DNA from: Anaerolineae bacterium
GTDB taxonomy: Bacteria; Chloroflexota; Anaerolineae; Anaerolineales; RBG-16-64-43
Length of the DNA stretch: 36,593 nt
Assembly (NCBI GenBank): GCA_041479415.1
Contig: JBGOXY010000002.1
Location: 1 to 36,593 of the forward strand
Reading direction: 5' to 3'
Shown: positions 35,183-36,593 of the stretch, in pieces
Position numbering within the stretch: the first letter of the stretch is position 1
How the letters are laid out: each line of letters starts with the position of its first letter
Program-made: the position numbers and the translations under genes
The notes under the pieces: generated by a model
Seen by the model: the letters and a program-made list of their open reading frames with translations, nothing else
The model's database searches: none
What the model was told of the DNA's origin: nothing

Positions 35183-35215
35183 AGGCACCGGGTCTCCCCG
35201 CGTGCCTTTTTGTTT
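35183..35215 (+). terminator. Strong intrinsic terminator inside the 5' region of the SWIM gene (attenuator or sRNA terminator)
   Basis: AGGCACCGGG (35183-35192), loop TCTC, CCCG-C-GTGCCT (35197-35207): 10 bp with a 1-nt bulge. Followed by TTTTTGTTT. Confidence 0.7.
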
Positions 35216-35241
35216 CTTATCACCCTCCAAGGAGTCCGCGA

Positions 35242-35484
35242 ATGGACTATGGGATGATCGGCAAGATCGACAAGGCCAAGCGTTACGCCCAGGAGCCAGA
35301 GCGATTCCACTTCGACGCCTTTGCACTGGTGTTCCACGGCGACAACAACGATCACAAGCTGAGCTATGCGCAGGGGAAATGGGATTGCGATTGCGAGTTC
35401 TTCAAACGGCGCGGCGTGTGCAGCCACACCATGGCGCTGGAACGCATGCTCGAGAAGATGCTGGCGGTGAAGGAAGCCGCTTAG
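35242..35484 (+). CDS. Small SWIM-type zinc-finger protein
   Basis: 80 aa. CDCEFFKRRGVCSHTMA fits the SWIM CxCx(n)CxH pattern. AAGGAG sits 8 nt before the ATG. Confidence 0.78.
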   Translation: MDYGMIGKIDKAKRYAQEPERFHFDAFALVFHGDNNDHKLSYAQGKWDCDCEFFKRRGVCSHTMALERMLEKMLAVKEAA

Positions 35485-35594
35485 CCGCGGCACTCGCACG
35501 GGCGGCCCGTGACTCGCGTGGCCGCCGACCTGCGTGCGCTTGCGCGCCGCTCGCGGGCGGCGTGCGCCTACGAACGTAAAGCATTCGCGAATCA

Positions 35595-35623
35595 AAGGAC
35601 GAACGCCGACGGCGTTCGTCCTT
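35595..35623. terminator. Bidirectional terminator between the SWIM gene (+) and ccmD (-)
   Basis: AAGGACGAACGCC (35595-35607), loop GAC, GGCGTTCGTCCTT (35611-35623): 13-bp perfect stem. CTTCTTTGTGT follows on the plus strand and TTGATTCG on the minus strand. Confidence 0.7.
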
Positions 35624-35662
35624 CTTCTTTGTGTATGTGCTGCACGCCGATCCCGGCGCGTG

Positions 35663-35824
35663 CTACTTCTTCTCCCCCTGTTCGACCTCAGCCAGCCAAC
35701 GTTCCTCGCGTGCCAGCGCGCGCCAGCGCACAATCAGGCTGATCACATACAGCAGCAACCCGCCCAGGATGACGGTGTAGCCTGCAATCAAGTAGGCTCG
35801 GGTGTCGGGAATCGTTTCAATCAT
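35663..35824 (-). CDS. ccmD: Heme exporter protein D (CcmD-like small membrane protein), absent from the ORF track because it is under 60 aa
   Basis: My own translation gives MIETIPDTRAYLIAGYTVILGGLLLYVISLIVRWRALAREERWLAEVEQGEKK (53 aa): one TM segment then a charged tail. GAGGAGG sits 4 nt before the ATG. It starts 9 nt after the ccmC stop. Confidence 0.68.
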   Translation of the reverse strand: MIETIPDTRAYLIAGYTVILGGLLLYVISLIVRWRALAREERWLAEVEQGEKK

Positions 35825-35833
35825 TGCGCCTCC

Positions 35834-36541
35834 TCAGGCCGCGGCCAGTTCCGCGCGGCGCATCTCGAGCGCTTCCGCGCGACGCGCCAGGCGCACCCGG
35901 TGCAGGAGCAGCGCGAAGTACAGCACCGAGAACGCCAGCAGGCTGAACATGAAGGTCTGCAGCATGGGCGGGGTCATGTCGAAGGCGCCTTGCGCCGCGG
36001 CATTGCCCGTGCCGATGACCACCGGATGGATGGTGCGCAGGAAGCGGATCGAGAGAAAAGTGATCGGCACGGTGAGCACGCCGACGATGGCGTACACCGC
36101 ACCGAAGCGCGCCCGGCGCTCGGGGTCTTCGACCCCCTGGCGCAAGAGCACATAAGCGGCATAGACCAGTTCCATAATCGTGGTCGTCACCAAGCGCGGA
36201 TCCCACGTCCACCAGGTGTTCCACACCGGACGCGCCCAGATCGACCCGCTGAGGATGGCGATCAGCCCAAACACCATGCCGATCTCCACCGACGACACGC
36301 CGACCAAATCCCAGGTGCGGGTGCGCCGCACGAGGTAGGTCACGCCGGCCACGGCCGCCACCACAAACGACAACATGCCCACCCAGGCTGAGGCCACGTG
36401 GAAATAGAACACGCGTTGCACCTCGCCCATCACGCGCTCGCGCGGGGCGTAAAGAAAGACCAGGCAGCCGGCGGCCACCACGAGCAGGATGGCGGCTGCG
36501 GTCAGGATCTTCAGCCCGAGCGACATCTTCTGATCAGTCAT
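35834..36541 (-). CDS. ccmC: Heme exporter protein C (cytochrome c maturation system I)
   Basis: 235 aa. Trp-rich heme-handling motif WARPVWNTWWTWDPRL flanked by the conserved His contexts (FYFHVASAW, LRTIHP). GGGAGG precedes the ATG. Confidence 0.9.
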   Translation of the reverse strand: MTDQKMSLGLKILTAAAILLVVAAGCLVFLYAPRERVMGEVQRVFYFHVASAWVGMLSFVVAAVAGVTYLVRRTRTWDLVGVSSVEIGMVFGLIAILSGSIWARPVWNTWWTWDPRLVTTTIMELVYAAYVLLRQGVEDPERRARFGAVYAIVGVLTVPITFLSIRFLRTIHPVVIGTGNAAAQGAFDMTPPMLQTFMFSLLAFSVLYFALLLHRVRLARRAEALEMRRAELAAA

Positions 36542-36593
36542 CCTCGCCTCCCTTGACCCCTCGATCGCCCTCCACGCGGCAACCGTCCTATTC

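Noticed and set aside
35171-35207. Hammerhead ribozyme (CTGACGAG core) or guanidine-III-like pseudoknot (CCGG...ACGAGG...CCGG)
   Set aside because: The CUGANGA-like box is not followed by the required GAAA core after stem II. The guanidine-III conserved CAGGAC segment is absent, and the downstream gene is not a guanidine exporter or carboxylase. A simple terminator hairpin explains the pairing.
1-36593. Looked for CRISPR arrays, transposase/integrase genes, rRNA/tRNA genes, and toxin-antitoxin or other defence-system gene pairs
   Set aside because: I found no direct-repeat/spacer periodicity, no recombinase-like ORF, no tRNA T-arm consensus in any intergenic region, and no small adjacent gene pairs with defence-like features. 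The window reads as core chromosome.

Overview
GC-rich bacterial chromosomal window. The gene content looks Chloroflexota-like, but that is a guess and nothing here proves taxon. I saw no rRNA, tRNA, CRISPR array or mobile element.

Most of the window is housekeeping:
- dnaG-rpoD operon and clpC
- two tandem NBR1-like lipoproteins
- a GH13 alpha-glucosidase and a PspC-domain gene
- an orphan GAF histidine kinase and a secreted VIT-vWA protein
- a GNAT acetyltransferase and a NarL-type two-component pair
- a membrane-protein/selA/M24-peptidase operon, tsaD, a SWIM-finger gene and ccmC-ccmD

The standout is a six-gene, translationally coupled operon at 11432-20089. It encodes two HdrA-family flavoproteins followed by MvhD/FlxD-, FlxC-, FlxB- and FlxA-like subunits.

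The ORF track splits both HdrA paralogs at an in-frame TGA (12068-12070 and 14056-14058). Each TGA falls on the conserved Cys of the DCxxC-ILTPK motif and is followed by a conserved GC-rich hairpin with a GU-containing apical loop. I read both as selenocysteine codons. selA lies 11 kb downstream in the same window, which supports this.

The second paralog is a 1140-aa HdrL-type fusion with an NfnB/GltD-like NAD(P)H module inserted into its ferredoxin domain. The cluster has no HdrB/HdrC (CCG-domain) subunit, so its high-potential acceptor is unknown.

Secondary points:
- a near-consensus promoter, 12-codon mini-ORF and strong terminator upstream of the SWIM gene
- an apparently leaderless extended -10 promoter for the selA operon
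- a ccmD gene below the ORF-track size cutoff
- several REP-like and terminator hairpins

All homology calls come from motif recognition by eye. No database search was run.
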